A program made the position numbers and the translations under genes. A stretch of 64,000 bases of DNA from Felis catus (taxonomy: Eukaryota). Shown piece by piece: positions 37,116 through 49,893 of this stretch; positions within the stretch are counted from its first letter, which is position 1; the number at the start of each line of letters is the position of its first letter. The stretch covers positions 170,376,001 to 170,440,000 of the forward strand of contig NC_058371.1 of the NCBI RefSeq assembly GCF_018350175.1. Reading direction: 5' to 3'. The notes under the pieces are model-generated. The model was not told where the DNA came from and did not search any database. It was given only the letters and a program-made list of their open reading frames with translations.

Positions 37116-37816
37116 AACAAAAATCAGTAACTGAATTATAGAGCCTATTAAGTTCAAGTTTTGAGACCTTAAAGTGTATGTTCATCCATCTCCAAGTGTT
37201 AAGTCTCTAGTTTATTTTGTGTCTAGAACCACTTCACAGAAAGCTCTTGAAACCATCCCCACAGCCGCGCTTTATGACAAAACCCAGGTTCAAACCATAA
37301 AAGTTAAACATGGCAGTTATTGTTCACATTTGAAATTTGCCAGTAGCATAATATATTCAAAATGCGTCAGGGGAGCAAGCCCAGTGAGGAACATTAACTG
37401 CCATGTTTTAAGAAGTTGTAAGTAATTAGATGCATTGCTTCACATGGCACAAATTGCTTTTGCTTGGGGGATACAGGGGAGAAAAGCTGCTACTTTCACT
37501 ACAAATGGGTCCACATCCTTCCAATTACCTGGGCCCAGATTCCTACATTACAGATATTGGTTGGAGCTGAGTAGCAGCTACCAGATACATCTTCTTTACC
37601 TGATTACAAATGCCACAGTCCCCATCACTTCCCCCCCTACCGTACACTAAAACTTCCTCACCTACTTAGGTTTACTGCCTAGCCCAGTGATTTTTTAAAA
37701 TCTCAGAATCAAACTATGAATAAAATGCAAAACAAAATACGAAGCTTTACAGATGAACTGAACAGTATTGATGATTCTTCTTGAGCAAAACCAATTGAAC
37801 AATAGGCTATACTTAC

Positions 37817-37887
37817 TCGCAGAGAAGGATTCCATTTTCTAACCCTGTCCGAAAATCTTTATCACCAAAACTTCTGCCGGTTACTTG
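37817..37887 (-). CDS. LIMCH1: LIMCH1 coding exon (71 nt, phase 0 to 2), CH domain: [23 protein letters not shown](E)
   Basis: Minus strand reads ctctctcttttttttttccag|CAAGTAACCGGCAGAAGT...CTTCTCTGCGA|gtaagtat. It has a long pyrimidine tract and a consensus donor. The peptide matches LIMCH1 as I recall it; the paralogue LMO7 differs (AVTEKNFETKDFRASLENGVLLCD). Confidence 0.96.
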
Positions 37888-38449
37888 CTGGAAAAAAAAA
37901 AGAGAGAGGGAGAGAGAGAGAGCATAAATTTTTCTTTTTTAATCAAGAATTTCAATGATTTTTTTTTTAATATTTAAGAGGCTTGAAATAACTGGTGGCA
38001 TTCCAAGAATGGAGAAAATCTGTTAGGTCTGAATTTCTTTTCTATGTGTAGTTTGCTGAGATCAGCTAATCCTAAATGTAGACCATTATTTTGAAGCTTT
38101 TTCCTACCCAATTCCTTAAATTGTCTGTTCTTCCTGATAAGGGTGTTACTTTTAGGGTTTGGCCATGATAAGTCAAGGCCACAGCCTCAATCCACACACT
38201 TTCAAAAAAGCCTGCAGAAAGCACCACCTAAGGATAAAACATCTGTTTGTTAAAATATTATTGGGGGGGGGGGAGTAGTGGGGAAGATACAGACACCTAT
38301 CCTCAAGAGACAAACATCAAGACAGGAATATTAAAGCCAATATCCATACTAACTTGGTGTGAAAGAGGAAAATAAAAGCTGGAAAGGAATGACTAACAAC
38401 ACAGGACTGATGACCATTCTTGATACCTCTGGCTCTCAGCAGCCCTTTG

Positions 38450-40427
38450 CCCTAGGCACCTAGGGCAATCATTTGTTCATTCAGTAAGTATATATTGACT
38501 ATCTAGAATATGCCAGGTAAAAATGTATACTAAAAACCCTAAAGCAACCTTTAAAACAGCAAAATAAAAAGTTACAGTTAATAAGCTTAAAAAGGAAATA
38601 AAACGGAATCATAATACTCTTAACAATGAAAAAAGACAGAAAAAGAGGAAAAGAGAATACAGAACATATGGAATAAAAAGTAAATAGCAACACAATAAAC
38701 TTAAACCTAACCATATCAATAAGTACATTAAATATAAACGGACTAAATATCCCCGATTAAAAGACAGACATTGTCATATTGGAAATAAAAAGTAACACCG
38801 AACTATGTGGTGCCTAGGAGAAATGCACTTTAAAGATAAAGAGAGAAGTAGATTAAAGATAGAAGAATAGAAAAAGATAATAACATGCTAATGCTAATTT
38901 TAAAAAGCTGGATATTAATATCAAAGAAAATTTTAGAAAAAATAATAATACCAAGGACAGAGAAAGTCATTTCATAATGACACAAGGTTTAGCTCATCAG
39001 GAAGACATAAAAATCCTAAACATTTTTACATTTAATAAAAACTTCAAAATACATAAACCAAAAAAAATCTGTGAAGAGAAATAGACAAATTCACAACTAG
39101 AGCCAGAAGTATTTATCTCTCTTTCATAACTGATAAGTAGACAAAAAATCAATAAGGATATAGAAGACTTGAACAACACTGTCAACCAAATTGACTTAAT
39201 TGACATTTCAACAATACTTCACCCTACAGTAGCAGAATACATATTTTTTTTCCTAAGTTCACAGTGAACATGTATTGAGATAGACCAATTTCTGGGTCTG
39301 TAAACAAGTCTCCACAAACTTAAAAGAATTCAATTCATAAAAGAGCATGTCATCTGGCCACAGTGGAATTAAATTTGAAATTAGTAACAGAAATATCTTA
39401 GGAAAAAAAATCCCCAAATAATTTTAAATTAAGTGACACAATGTTAAACCTATTGATCAAAGAAGAAATAAAAAGAAATTAGAATATATTTTGTAGTGGA
39501 AGAATGTGACAAAGACACTAAAGCAGTATTTTGGGGAAATGTATAGCACAAAACACCTATATCAGAAAAAAAAAATCTCAAATCAACAAATTCTGCTTCT
39601 ACCTTAAGCAAATTAAGCCCAAATTAGGTAGGAAAAAAAAGGAAAAAAACTGTATCAGTTGAAATCAATCAAACAGAAAACCAAAAAGCAATACAGAAAA
39701 AAAAATCAATGAAATGAAAAGTTACTTACTTGAGACCAATAAAATTGAGAAAACTTTAGCCAGATTGATACATCTTTGGCTAATAAAATCGACAACCTTT
39801 GGTTTTTAGCCAAAAAAGAAAGACACAACTTACCAACAACAGGAATGACACAGATGATATCATTACATATTTTATAGACATTAAAAGAATAACGGGGGTG
39901 CCTGGGTGGCTTAGTCGGTTGGGCGTCCGACTTCGCCTCAGGTCATGATCTCACAGTTTGTGGGTTTGAGGCCCGCACTGGGCTCTGTGCTGACAGCTTG
40001 GAGCCTGGAGCCTGTTTCGAATTCTGTGTCTCCTTCTCTCTCTTCCCCTCCCCCACTTGAGCTCTGTCTCTCTCTGTCTCTCAAAAATAAATAAATTTAA
40101 AAACAATTTTTTAATTAAAAAAATTAAGAGGGAACATTACAAATAAATTTATACTAATACATTCACCAACTTAGATGAACTAGAGAAATTTCTTGACACA
40201 ATCAACCAAGTTCATTCAACAAAGAAATAGGTAACTTCCCCAAAAGAAAATGTCAGGCTCAGAAGGTTTACCTGGTAAATTACAACAACTATATAAGAAA
40301 AAAAAATGCAATTCTACACAAGCTATTCCAAGCAACTGAAGAGGAAAGCATACTTCTCAATTCATTCTATGAGACCAGCATTACCTGATTCCAAAACCAG
40401 ACAAGAATATTATTACAAAATAGACAG

Positions 40428-40430
<3 letters not shown>
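38450..40430 (+). mobile_element. Degenerate old L1 ORF2 (endonuclease-region) fragment, interrupted by a SINE
   Basis: acattaaatataaacggactaaat, agaagacttgaacaacactgtcaaccaa, cagtagcagaatacatatt and ctatgagaccagcattacctgattccaaaaccagacaa are L1 ORF2 landmarks; many stops and frameshifts. Confidence 0.9.
39895..40125 (+). mobile_element. CAN-SINE inside the L1
   Basis: ggggtgcctgggtggcttagtcggttgggcgtccg...(CT)n...A tail. Confidence 0.95.

Positions 40431-40474
<44 letters not shown>
40430..40474. repeat. (CA)n microsatellite
   Basis: Direct read. Confidence 1.
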
Positions 40475-40478
<4 letters not shown>

Positions 40479-40624
40479 ATGCCAACATGTTACCTCTTCA
40501 TGGTGGAAAGCAGGTGTGATTTTTATTTTCTTCTTTAAATTTTCTCTATTTTCCTAAAATGTTGTACAATTAATACACACGACTAATCATCAGAAAATCC
40601 AAACAATATTGTTTGTTTGATGTC

Positions 40625-40849
40625 TGTTTTTTATTTTTTTAATGTTTACTTATTTTTAAGAGAGAAACAGAGAGAGACAGAGCTCAAGCAGGGGAGGGGC
40701 AAAGAGACAGGGAGACACAGAATCCAAAGCAGGCTCCAGGCTCCGAGCTGTCAGCACAGAGTCCAGGGCGGGGCTTGAACCCACAAACTACAGATCATGA
40801 CCTGAGCTGAAGTCAGATACTTAACCCACTGAGCCACCCAGGTGCCCCC
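40625..40849 (-). mobile_element. CAN-SINE
   Basis: T-rich tail, (GA)n, ...gagccacccaggtgccccc; ttgtttgttt duplication. Confidence 0.93.
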
Positions 40850-40983
40850 GTTGTTTGTTTTTTAAAGAGCAGTCTAAGGAAACTAAGTGATCCCAACTCT
40901 TCCTTGTAAACCATAGTTCAAATTGTATTATAAAACATCCTCATTGCCAATCCCACTAGAAAGGCAAATCACAAGTCAATAAA

Positions 40984-41133
40984 NNNNNNNNNNNNNNNNN
41001 NNNNNNNNNNNNNNNNNNNNNNNNNNNNNNNNNNNNNNNNNNNNNNNNNNNNNNNNNNNNNNNNNNNNNNNNNNNNNNNNNNNNNNNNNNNNNNNNNNNN
41101 NNNNNNNNNNNNNNNNNNNNNNNNNNNNNNNNN
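40984..41133. other. Assembly gap (N run)
   Basis: 150 N. Confidence 1.
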
Positions 41134-42084
41134 CTTCTCATTCTTATTTAAGGGATGGTGAGGAAATGTATAACAAGTATTTTGTATTTACAGTTTGTAA
41201 ATAAATAAATAGGAAAGAGGTCCTTTACAAAGCTAGGATTTTAAACACAGACTTTAAACATTTTAGCATTTTCTTCTTGAATCCTAATTTATATTCTCAA
41301 AACACCACTAATATCTCTAAAACTGACCCCTATTCACCAAGAAGTCATTAGAAAATTTTGAAAACATTTTCCCCCAGGTCTTTACATTTTTGTTAAAATT
41401 ATTATGTTCTAGCACAAATGGTGCTAACTAACAATGAAACCCAAGAGAATTTACCTACATCTATTACAGAATCTCTGGCCAAGATAACCCAGCCCCTTTC
41501 CATTTATTGAGCCATAATGACGGGCAGGGCCTAGAGACAGAAATACAAATGAGACATGGTCACTGCATGCAGAAGGCTCACAGACTGCAGAGGAGAGCAG
41601 ATATCTAAATTCATACCATAAATAGATAGTAACAGGACCATTAAGATTATAAGAAAATATTGGTGGTCCATAGACCACCTAAAGTGCCCATGTGCTATTT
41701 AAAATTATATTGTATATGACATGTAGTCAGTGAAATATTGCAAGTAGATATGTTTAACAGTCCCAAGTCAGCCTGCTAATCCACATCCTCCAAGATGTAG
41801 TCTGATTAAATTCAATTTCCTAGACTGCCAATTCTGGAGATGGGAACAAACGCCATGCATTTGGAGGAAGGTGATCATTTCTGCCTCTATTCTTTTGCTT
41901 CCTTCCTTCCTCCTGCATCTACAGGTCCCAGCATAACCTTCTCACTGCTCTCCACTGACTTTAATGTCTCCCTTTCTTCCAGGGCCACGTTATTTAGTAT
42001 AGAGGTGTCTAGATCTTTGTTGGGAGGGTCATCAGCGGAATAGACCCCAGAAATTCAACAAGGGCCATGCCACTGAAGAGTTAG

Positions 42085-42245
42085 GTTCTTAGACTAGTAG
42101 CAGCAGCATCTTACCTGGAATTAACATTAGAAATACAGACTATCAGTCCTCCCATTCCTATAAGACCTACTTAATCAGAACCGCATCCAAAAAAGATCCC
42201 CATGATTCACATGTAAAGTAAAATTTACAAAGCCCTGAACTAGTA
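42085..42245. mobile_element. MER5A-like hAT-Charlie MITE
   Basis: cagcagcatcttacctgg...ttagaaatacagac...agacctacttaatcagaa...gatccccatgattcacatg. Confidence 0.75.
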
Positions 42246-42689
42246 TACAAAAGTAAGCCAACAGTTCAGAATCAGAAAAGGAGGACCTTCAACTGGAATC
42301 AGGATTTTGAATGAACTGTCTCAACAACGCCTCTCAGCAACATCTTTATCATGGGTTTACAATGCCACACATTTATTTTAACTCTAAAGACTAATTACTA
42401 TTCCCTTAATGACAGCATAAGCCATTGCTATAAAAAACAATATGGCTGCCAAGATTCAACCACCATTACCAACAATCTGTGAGCAAGGTAAGGGAACAAT
42501 AACCACCCAAACTCTTCACTAACCTTCCCACCTGGATTCCAACTGACTAAGGACTCTCAATAACCTCTCAGACAAGGTGCTGGCCAAGCCATGAGCTCCT
42601 TATGATTTTCCAAGGACACAGAGCAAGATGGGAAGATCTAGTAAAGTTCTTAAAGAGAACCTGAAATGGGAACCTGGGACATGGAGTGG

Positions 42690-43300
42690 GTGGTGAGAGA
42701 ATCCAGGTTCAGGAGCATCCCAGTGGAAGAGCAACTTGAAATGTCAAGAGCACTTTATCATTTCCCCTAAATCCTGCTCTCCCCTCGCTGCTGATCCTCA
42801 CCCATCTGATCAATTTTGCAGCTTCATCCTTGCAGTTGTTCAGCTTAGCAATGCTTGACCCTTACCTTTCATACCAATCACACCCACCAACAAATTCTGT
42901 TGATTTTCCCTTCAAAACTTATCGCGAATCCAACCACTTCTCACTACTTCCATGCTACTACCTACTCCAAGCCACCATCATCTTATACCTGGATAAGTCC
43001 CTTACCTGGCTTCAGTGCTTCTACCTTGCCTCCCTTCCATCTATTCTCAATAGAGCAGCCAGAGGAATCCCATAAAGTTGGATCATGTCACTACTCCACT
43101 TAAAACCCCTCAATACCTCCTCATCTCACTCATAGTAAAAGCCAAAGTTCCTTCAGTTCCCTGAAGGTATTCACCAGAAAAACAAGCAAACAAGCAACAA
43201 CAACAACAAAAAAAAACTGATAGGAGCACATGGGCCAAACCCTAGACACCACCATGACGTCAAGGGTGGCCATAATGAACATCTCCCCATTCAAAGAGAT
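42690..43300 (+). mobile_element. L2 fragment
   Basis: ctactccaagccaccatcatc...gatcatgtcactactccacttaaaacccct...tagtaaaagccaaagtt. Confidence 0.85.
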
Positions 43301-43683
43301 CCTCAGAAGCACTTATGGTGGCAGTTATATCCGCGTCTACGTCCTGTGTGCGTTTCAGGAAAGCACAGATTTCTTTCTAGAAATAACAGAAAGAAAGAAA
43401 TTCTAGAAATTTCTTTCTTTCATTCAAGAAATAACAGATTTCTTTCCTGCTTTATGGTTCAGGGTTAATTCGCTTTCATTACTAAGCAAAAGATTTGCTA
43501 CTTACAGCAATGGAGGGACATGCTATAAGTGTCAGATTAAAATACTCAATGAATGGATAACTTACCGGAACACTGATTGTTTTAAAGGAAAAGGAGCACT
43601 TTCATCTATCTTAGCAATTAACCAAAAGCAGAAGCAAGAGGACATCACAATGTGTCATCACACTATTTTATGCACGTAATTAT

Positions 43684-44723
43684 GTTTTTAATTTAATTTA
43701 ATTTTTTCCAATTATATTTAGTTCTTTTTTGAATTTTATTTTTTAAAATTTACATCCAAATTAGTTAGCATATAATGCAACAATGATTTCAGGAGTAGAT
43801 TCCTTAGTGCCCCTTACCCACTTAGCCCATCCCCCCTCCCACAACCCTTCCAGTACCCTCTGTTTGTTCTCCATATTTATGAGTCTCTTCTGTTTTGTCC
43901 CCCTTCCTGTTTTTATATTATTTTTATTTCCCTTCCCTTATGTGCATCTGTTTTGTCTCTTAAGGTCCTCATCTGAGTGAAGTCATGTGATTTTTGTCTT
44001 TCTCTGACTAATTTCACTTAGCATCATACTCTCCAGTTCCATCCACATAGTTGCAAATGGCAAGATTTCATTCTTTTTGATTGCCGAGTAATACTCCATT
44101 GTATATATATACCACGTCTTCTTTATCCACTCATCCATCGATGGACATTTGGGCTCTTTCCATACTTTGGCTATTGTTTATAGTGCTGCTATAAACATGA
44201 GGGTGCATGTGTCCCTTCGAAACAGCACACCTGTATGTCGTGGATAAATGCATAGTAGTGAAATTGCTGGGTCATAGGGTAGTTACATTTTTAATTTTTT
44301 GAGGAACCTCCATACTGTTTTCCAGAGTGGCCGCACCAGCTTGCATTGCCACCAACAATGCAAAAGAGATCCTCTTTCTCCACATCCTTGCCAACATGTG
44401 TTGTTGCCTGAGTTGTTAATGTGAGCCATTCTGACAGGTGTCAGGTGGTATCTCATTGTGGTTTTGATTTGTATTTCCCTGATGATGAGTGACGCTGAGC
44501 ATTTTTTCATGTGTCAGTTGGCCATCTGGATGTGTTTTTTGGAGAAGTGTCTATTCATGTCTTTTGCCCGTTTCTTCACTGGATTATTTGTTTTTTGGGT
44601 GTTGAGTTTGAGAAGTTATTTATAGATTTTTGGATTCTAACCCTTTATCTGATATGTCATTTGCAAATATCTTCTCCCATTCTGTCGGTTGCCTTTTAGT
44701 TTTGCTGATTATTTCCTTCACTA
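43684..44723 (-). mobile_element. Young 5'-truncated carnivore/felid L1 (~1.04 kb; ORF2 C-terminus, 3' UTR, A tail) with perfect 15-bp TSD tatgcacgtaattat
   Basis: ORF 44283-44510 gives L1 ORF2 C-terminal peptide ([20 protein letters not shown]...HCWW); TSD at 43669-43683 and 44724-44738. Confidence 0.97.
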
Positions 44724-45152
44724 TATGCACGTAATTATTAAGTAAGCTCATCTGTATTTGATTTCCCTCTCATTGATCTAAAAGGTAATTATGTTTCTGA
44801 GTCTGTTCATGTCAATGGCACTACTCTAAACCATTCAAATAACTGAAATATGGAGGATTTAAAAAAAGTCTAATAAAAATCCACAGAACTTTATGGTGAT
44901 ATTTTTATGATGTGTTTATAATGTAACACGTTATATATCAAAATGCTACACTTTGCTAATTACTTTGTTACCACTGTTATTAATTTCCATGAATAGCCAA
45001 AGATTGCCAAGAATCAGTCTCTCAGCCTGATCATTACCATTATACAAACTGTATTTCAGAAATGTTTTCATAATCTTCAGGGTTTTTTTTAATGCAATCT
45101 GGTGGGTAAACTGAAGTCCAACAATAAACTGTAAGCCTGAAGAGGATTTTAA

Positions 45153-45348
45153 TATTCTTTAATGTTTTTTATTTATTTTTGAGAAAGAGAGAGCACGAGC
45201 AGGGGAGAGGCAGAGAGACAGGGGACAGATCCAAAGTGGGCTCTGCGCTGAGAACAGCAAGTCAATGCGGGGCTTGAACTCACAGACCATGAGATCATGA
45301 CCTAAGCTGAAGTCTGATGCTCAACCAACTGAGCCACCTAGGTGCCCC
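45153..45348 (-). mobile_element. CAN-SINE with 15-bp TSD tgaaga(g/a)gattttaa
   Basis: TSD at 45138-45152 and 45351-45365. Confidence 0.93.
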
Positions 45349-46309
45349 AATGAAGAAGATTTTAAATAAATGTTGGAAACCCTATTATAATGATCTTAAG
45401 AGGAGATTCTATTGGCTGACAAATAATGGTCCCTGGATTCAAGCAATTGAAGAAAATACAGAATTTAATATAGGTTGACTTAACTTTTGAAAACCATGGA
45501 TATTTTCTCTAAATTGCTGTACAAAAACAGGTACATTTGATATTACATTATTATTTTGTTTATTGTCCAGCTCCACCCAGTCAGGTGAGAATGGGAAATT
45601 TTCTTTGTTCTCTTCACTTTTGCATACTCTGTGTCTAGAAAAGTACTTGGCTCACAGTAGGTACTCAATAAATATTTGTTGAAATAATAATAAAAAAGGT
45701 ATGCTTTCAGAAGGTAGTGATTTCCTACTATAAACAGTAAATGAAAAATAATACCTCTTTAAAATTCACCAAAGAAGATTATCAGTGGCTTATTATGCTC
45801 CCTTGTCTTCTGATCATATTTGACTTATTTAATAAAAAAGGACATTTCTGCATATTTTCACACTTAAATTGCAAAATAAAACAGTACAGAACTGCTCTTA
45901 TTTTTCACATTTACTGAGAAACAAATCCACTGCTATTTCCGTCTCCTTTGTGGGGTTGCTAGAAAAATCAAACCAAGTTTCTATGGGAACTCTTCATAAA
46001 CAATCATAAGTCATATTCCTCTGAACCAGAATTAGCAGCCAACCAATCAATCATCTACTGAATACCTATTTCATCCCAGGCAAAGTAATAGGTGTGTGTG
46101 TGAAACCAAAATAACAAGCTCTCTACCCTACCCAGTAAGAGTCCACAATCCAAGGGGAAAGATCAAACAGTATAGTAGGTGTTGGAAGAGAAATATGGAC
46201 ACAGCTCTGCAAGACCAGAGAGGAAGCAATTAACACAAATTGCACAACTAAAGGAATAGTTGAAGGGTAACAGTTCACCTTCACATACTAACTACCGTAT
46301 CACATCCCT

Positions 46310-46520
46310 CTCTGTTCTAGATGCTCGCCAAATATTATGTTATGTAATCCTCATAACAACCCAGTAAGGTGGATCCTAGGACTATTATAATTTTAAAGTC
46401 AAGGAAACCTAGACACAGAGAGGTTAAGTAAGTTGCCCAAGGACACAAATCTACTAAATAGGAGAGCCAGGATCGAACCCTGGTAGTGTGACTGCAGAGT
46501 TCATGTTCCTAAGCACAATT
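46310..46520 (-). mobile_element. MIR
   Basis: taatcctcataacaacccagtaagg...aaggaaacctagacacagagaggttaagtaagttgcccaaggacaca. Confidence 0.85.
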
Positions 46521-46760
46521 CTGTGCAGTGTCTGAGCAAAGGAATGAACTCTCTCTGCCTAAGACAGTCAAGGAAAACCTTTGAGGAGCTGACATTTGAG
46601 TTGGTCCTGAAGGATAAGAGGGATTCTCCAAAGTACGAAGATGAAGTGGGACACTCCAGGCAGACACAAAGACTTGTATGGGTTTCTCTGAGCAAAGAGG
46701 AAAAGTTCTAAGGGCTGACCACAGGAGGGAGGCAGGTGGGGAGGGGCGGGGTGGTAGAAC
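46520..46760 (-). mobile_element. L2 fragment
   Basis: gaggagctgacatttgagttggtcctgaagg...ttccaggcag-like reverse L2. Confidence 0.6.
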
Positions 46761-46899
46761 ATGACGTGCCAGAGTGAGCATGGCCCAGACAGTAAAGGAT
46801 CTACGTGTTACCATTATGGGTTGTACTCGATCCTGAAACAAAAGAGATACCCCTGAAACAAAAGAAGATGAAGGCAAGGGTGCGGTTCTTTGGCAGTCA

Positions 46900-48640
46900 T
46901 TCTCCCCATTTCCCACTAATTCTCCATTCCCAAAGAGACAGTCCCAAAATGACATTTTGCTTGTTGCTCTCAATTACTTCCTTGCAGATTCTACCACCCC
47001 CATTTAATATAGAATGGCTTTGCTTTTGGAATCACAGTGCGATGGAAACCATCTGGCCAGACCTCCTTTAGGACCACTGCTTCCAGCCTCCCACACATCC
47101 CTTTATATACAGTACCTACACCTACCTTTTCATCCTTTCCTCAAAAGGAAGAAATCTACCTTCTCTTTCCTCTATCAAGGCTCTGGATGCCATCCCTCCC
47201 CTTCCCCAGGTGCTTACCTTACCCCTTGGTCCACAGCATTCTTTACCTCCCTGCTGGTTGAATGAGTTCCCTCTTCTCCTAAGAACGCTAATTCAATCTA
47301 GCCCCATCAACTATCCTGTTTTTCACAGTCCGAACTCCCTGTACGAGTATCCAGTACCCATTGCCCTTATCATCATAGCTCAGGTGCCTACAAGCTGTCC
47401 GCGTTTAATTCACCGAAAATTCTTAGAGGGTTGAGTTGAGACTCACGAGTCTGACCCTGAGCTCCACAAGCACAAGCTAAATCATAAGTAGATTAATGAA
47501 CTTCTTTTAATCCTCAGCTCTCCTACTTATGAAATGATACTTATACCTACTCCAAAGGTTTTCAGGAAGAGTAAGTGAATTAGTGTATGTCAAACCCTTC
47601 CCACAGTACCTGACCCACAGCAAGAGTTTGGTCAATCTCATTGTTAGTATTGGCAACAATACTAGAATTAGATCGCATTATTGACTTCTCTTTTTCCAAT
47701 ACTCTTTACAGGTCTTTCCTCCCTGATCTTAATTGATGCCATGGTTTGCTGGTTCTCCTCTTAAATTCTAGTATTACCATACTGTCTGATCCACTGAGAC
47801 ATTTGCTCTGCTGATGTGCATCAAGGCCCCAGCACCATGACAGTCGACCACTCACCCCTGTTTGGATCACTTGCATGTTCTAGGCTTTTCCACAACCAGA
47901 CACTCCTGCTTTTCTTTCTACCTCAGTAGAAAGTAAGCATTTCAGTAAATACCCCTTCACTGTGGCCTTACATACATGTACCTCATTCATCTCCTACCTG
48001 TACAACATGGTTCTTTTTCTCCTTTCTTCATGCTGCCTTTTTCTCTCTCTCTAGCCACACATTCCCTTCCCTGGGTAGCCCCATGCCTTTAAATACGTCA
48101 CACACAATAACTCATAAATTGTTATGAGTTTAAATATCCCCCCTTTAAATATCTTGCATATCCTAACTCACACACTTTCCTAGGTGGTACTGACCCTTCC
48201 CCCTTGAAGTCAAAATGAAATCATCCAATTTCTTACTTGACTTCTCCACTTGGGTACCTAACGAACAAGATCAAAAGAAAAGTTGTGATGTGTGTCCCCT
48301 GGTCCAACCTGTTCTACTCCTGGTCTCTTCCATATCAAGGGAAGGCACCACCATCTCCCATCCCTAAGAACACAGAGATGCATTTAAACCATCAAGAAGG
48401 GCAATGCTTCTCCCTCTAAATGTACTTTATGCCTGCTCTCTCCCCTCGTCTCTACACCACCACACCAGCCCAAGCCTCCACTGCGTCTCCTCAAGATAAC
48501 AATGGCAGCCACTGCCGTGGTCTCTCTGCTCCCACTGTGGCCCTTCTGCAAACCGCCTCCCATGCAGCACCCAGGAATCTTTCTATAGATCCATCCTGTG
48601 TCCCTTCTCATTACCCAGAATAAGTCCAAGTCATATACAC
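46900..48640 (+). mobile_element. Fragmented L2, with a MIR at ~47430-47650
   Basis: ctacaccaccacaccagcccaagcctccac...catgcagcacccaggaatc; gttggttgaatgagt-like tail; MIR core tcctcagctctcctacttatgaaatg. Confidence 0.6.
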
Positions 48641-48790
48641 AACCCCTTCATTTTATGTTTAAGAAAAGTAACATCCTGCAAATTGAGTGACTTGCTCAAG
48701 ATCATACAGCTAGCTATCAGCAAGGATGAGACTAGAATCAGGCCTTCCTTCACCCAGGCCAGGGTTTCACTGCCTCATCACACTGCCTTC
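48640..48790 (-). mobile_element. MIR
   Basis: gagtgacttgctcaagatcatacagctagc...gagactagaatcagg. Confidence 0.7.
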
Positions 48791-49643
48791 TGAAGGCACT
48801 TCTTGTGACACTTACACTGCCATACTCTCTTTAATAACGATAGCTTCTTATATCCATTCGGTTTGAGTTGGCAAAGAAACAGCACAGAAGTCCAGGCCTG
48901 AGATTATTTAATCAACATTATCAGACCATGATCCTCTCCAGCACTAGATCTGAGTGCTTAATACTGAGGATAATAAAATGCAATCTGCAGAATCCATTTA
49001 TATTTTCATCATGTCATCAGAAAACCAGAAGGCGCTGTTTATAGCCACAGATTGACAGACTCCACTAAAAAAAATACATAATTAAGAATACAGGCAATGC
49101 TCAAAAGCACCCTGGGAGCATTAAATCCTCTGATCTAGCCATTGTATGCTTTAGACACAGAAAATGGGTCAGTCCGGGAACATGTGAGTGGGTTTAGCAG
49201 TAACTGTGTTTGCACATCCTCAAGTTGTTCTTGCCTTACAAAGACACAGAACAGAAGCTGCAAAGGAAAACAACACTCAAAGTGAGCTTTAACACAACAG
49301 AAAGTGTTAGTGACTGATTTGAGAGCAAAGAGGAAGAAGAGTCCAGAGAGAAAATGGCTAGTGGAGGGCTTCTGGGCTATGTGTGTTGTCTCCATTTCAA
49401 AGGGCAGAGGCATGCTTCACCCATGGTGTTATTTTTACCTGGCTATCATGTTTAGTTCCTTAAATAAATACTTCAGTTCTAGGCTAATTTTGGTAAATCA
49501 GTGTATGTAACTGTCATCTAGTGCTCAGCACAGTGAAGTACAAAACCTCTGAATTAGGCGAAGCTGGGTCCAAATTTCAGGTCTGACACTCAGGAGTTAC
49601 GTGACACTGGACAAATGGCTTAATTTCTCAGACCTGCTCTCAT

Positions 49644-49893
49644 CTTTTTTTTTCTTTTTTCTTTTTTTTTTTAATTTTTTTCTTAATTTTTTTAAATTTA
49701 TTTTTGAGACAGAGAGAGAGACAGAGCATGAGCAGGGGAGGGGCAGAGAGAGAGGGAGACAGAGAATCTGAAGCGGGCTCCAGGCTCTGAGCCATCAGCA
49801 CAGAGCCCGATGCGGGGCTCCAACTCACAGACTGTGAGATCATGACCTGAGCCGAAGTCGGACACTCAACCGACTGAGCCAGCCAGGCGCCCC
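49644..49893 (-). mobile_element. CAN-SINE
   Basis: Long T-rich tail, (GA)n, ...gagccagccaggcgcccc. Confidence 0.95.

Noticed and set aside
48109-48130. Perfect 9-bp stem hairpin aactcataa/ttatgagtt
   Set aside because: Short and AT-rich, inside degenerate L2; compatible with chance.
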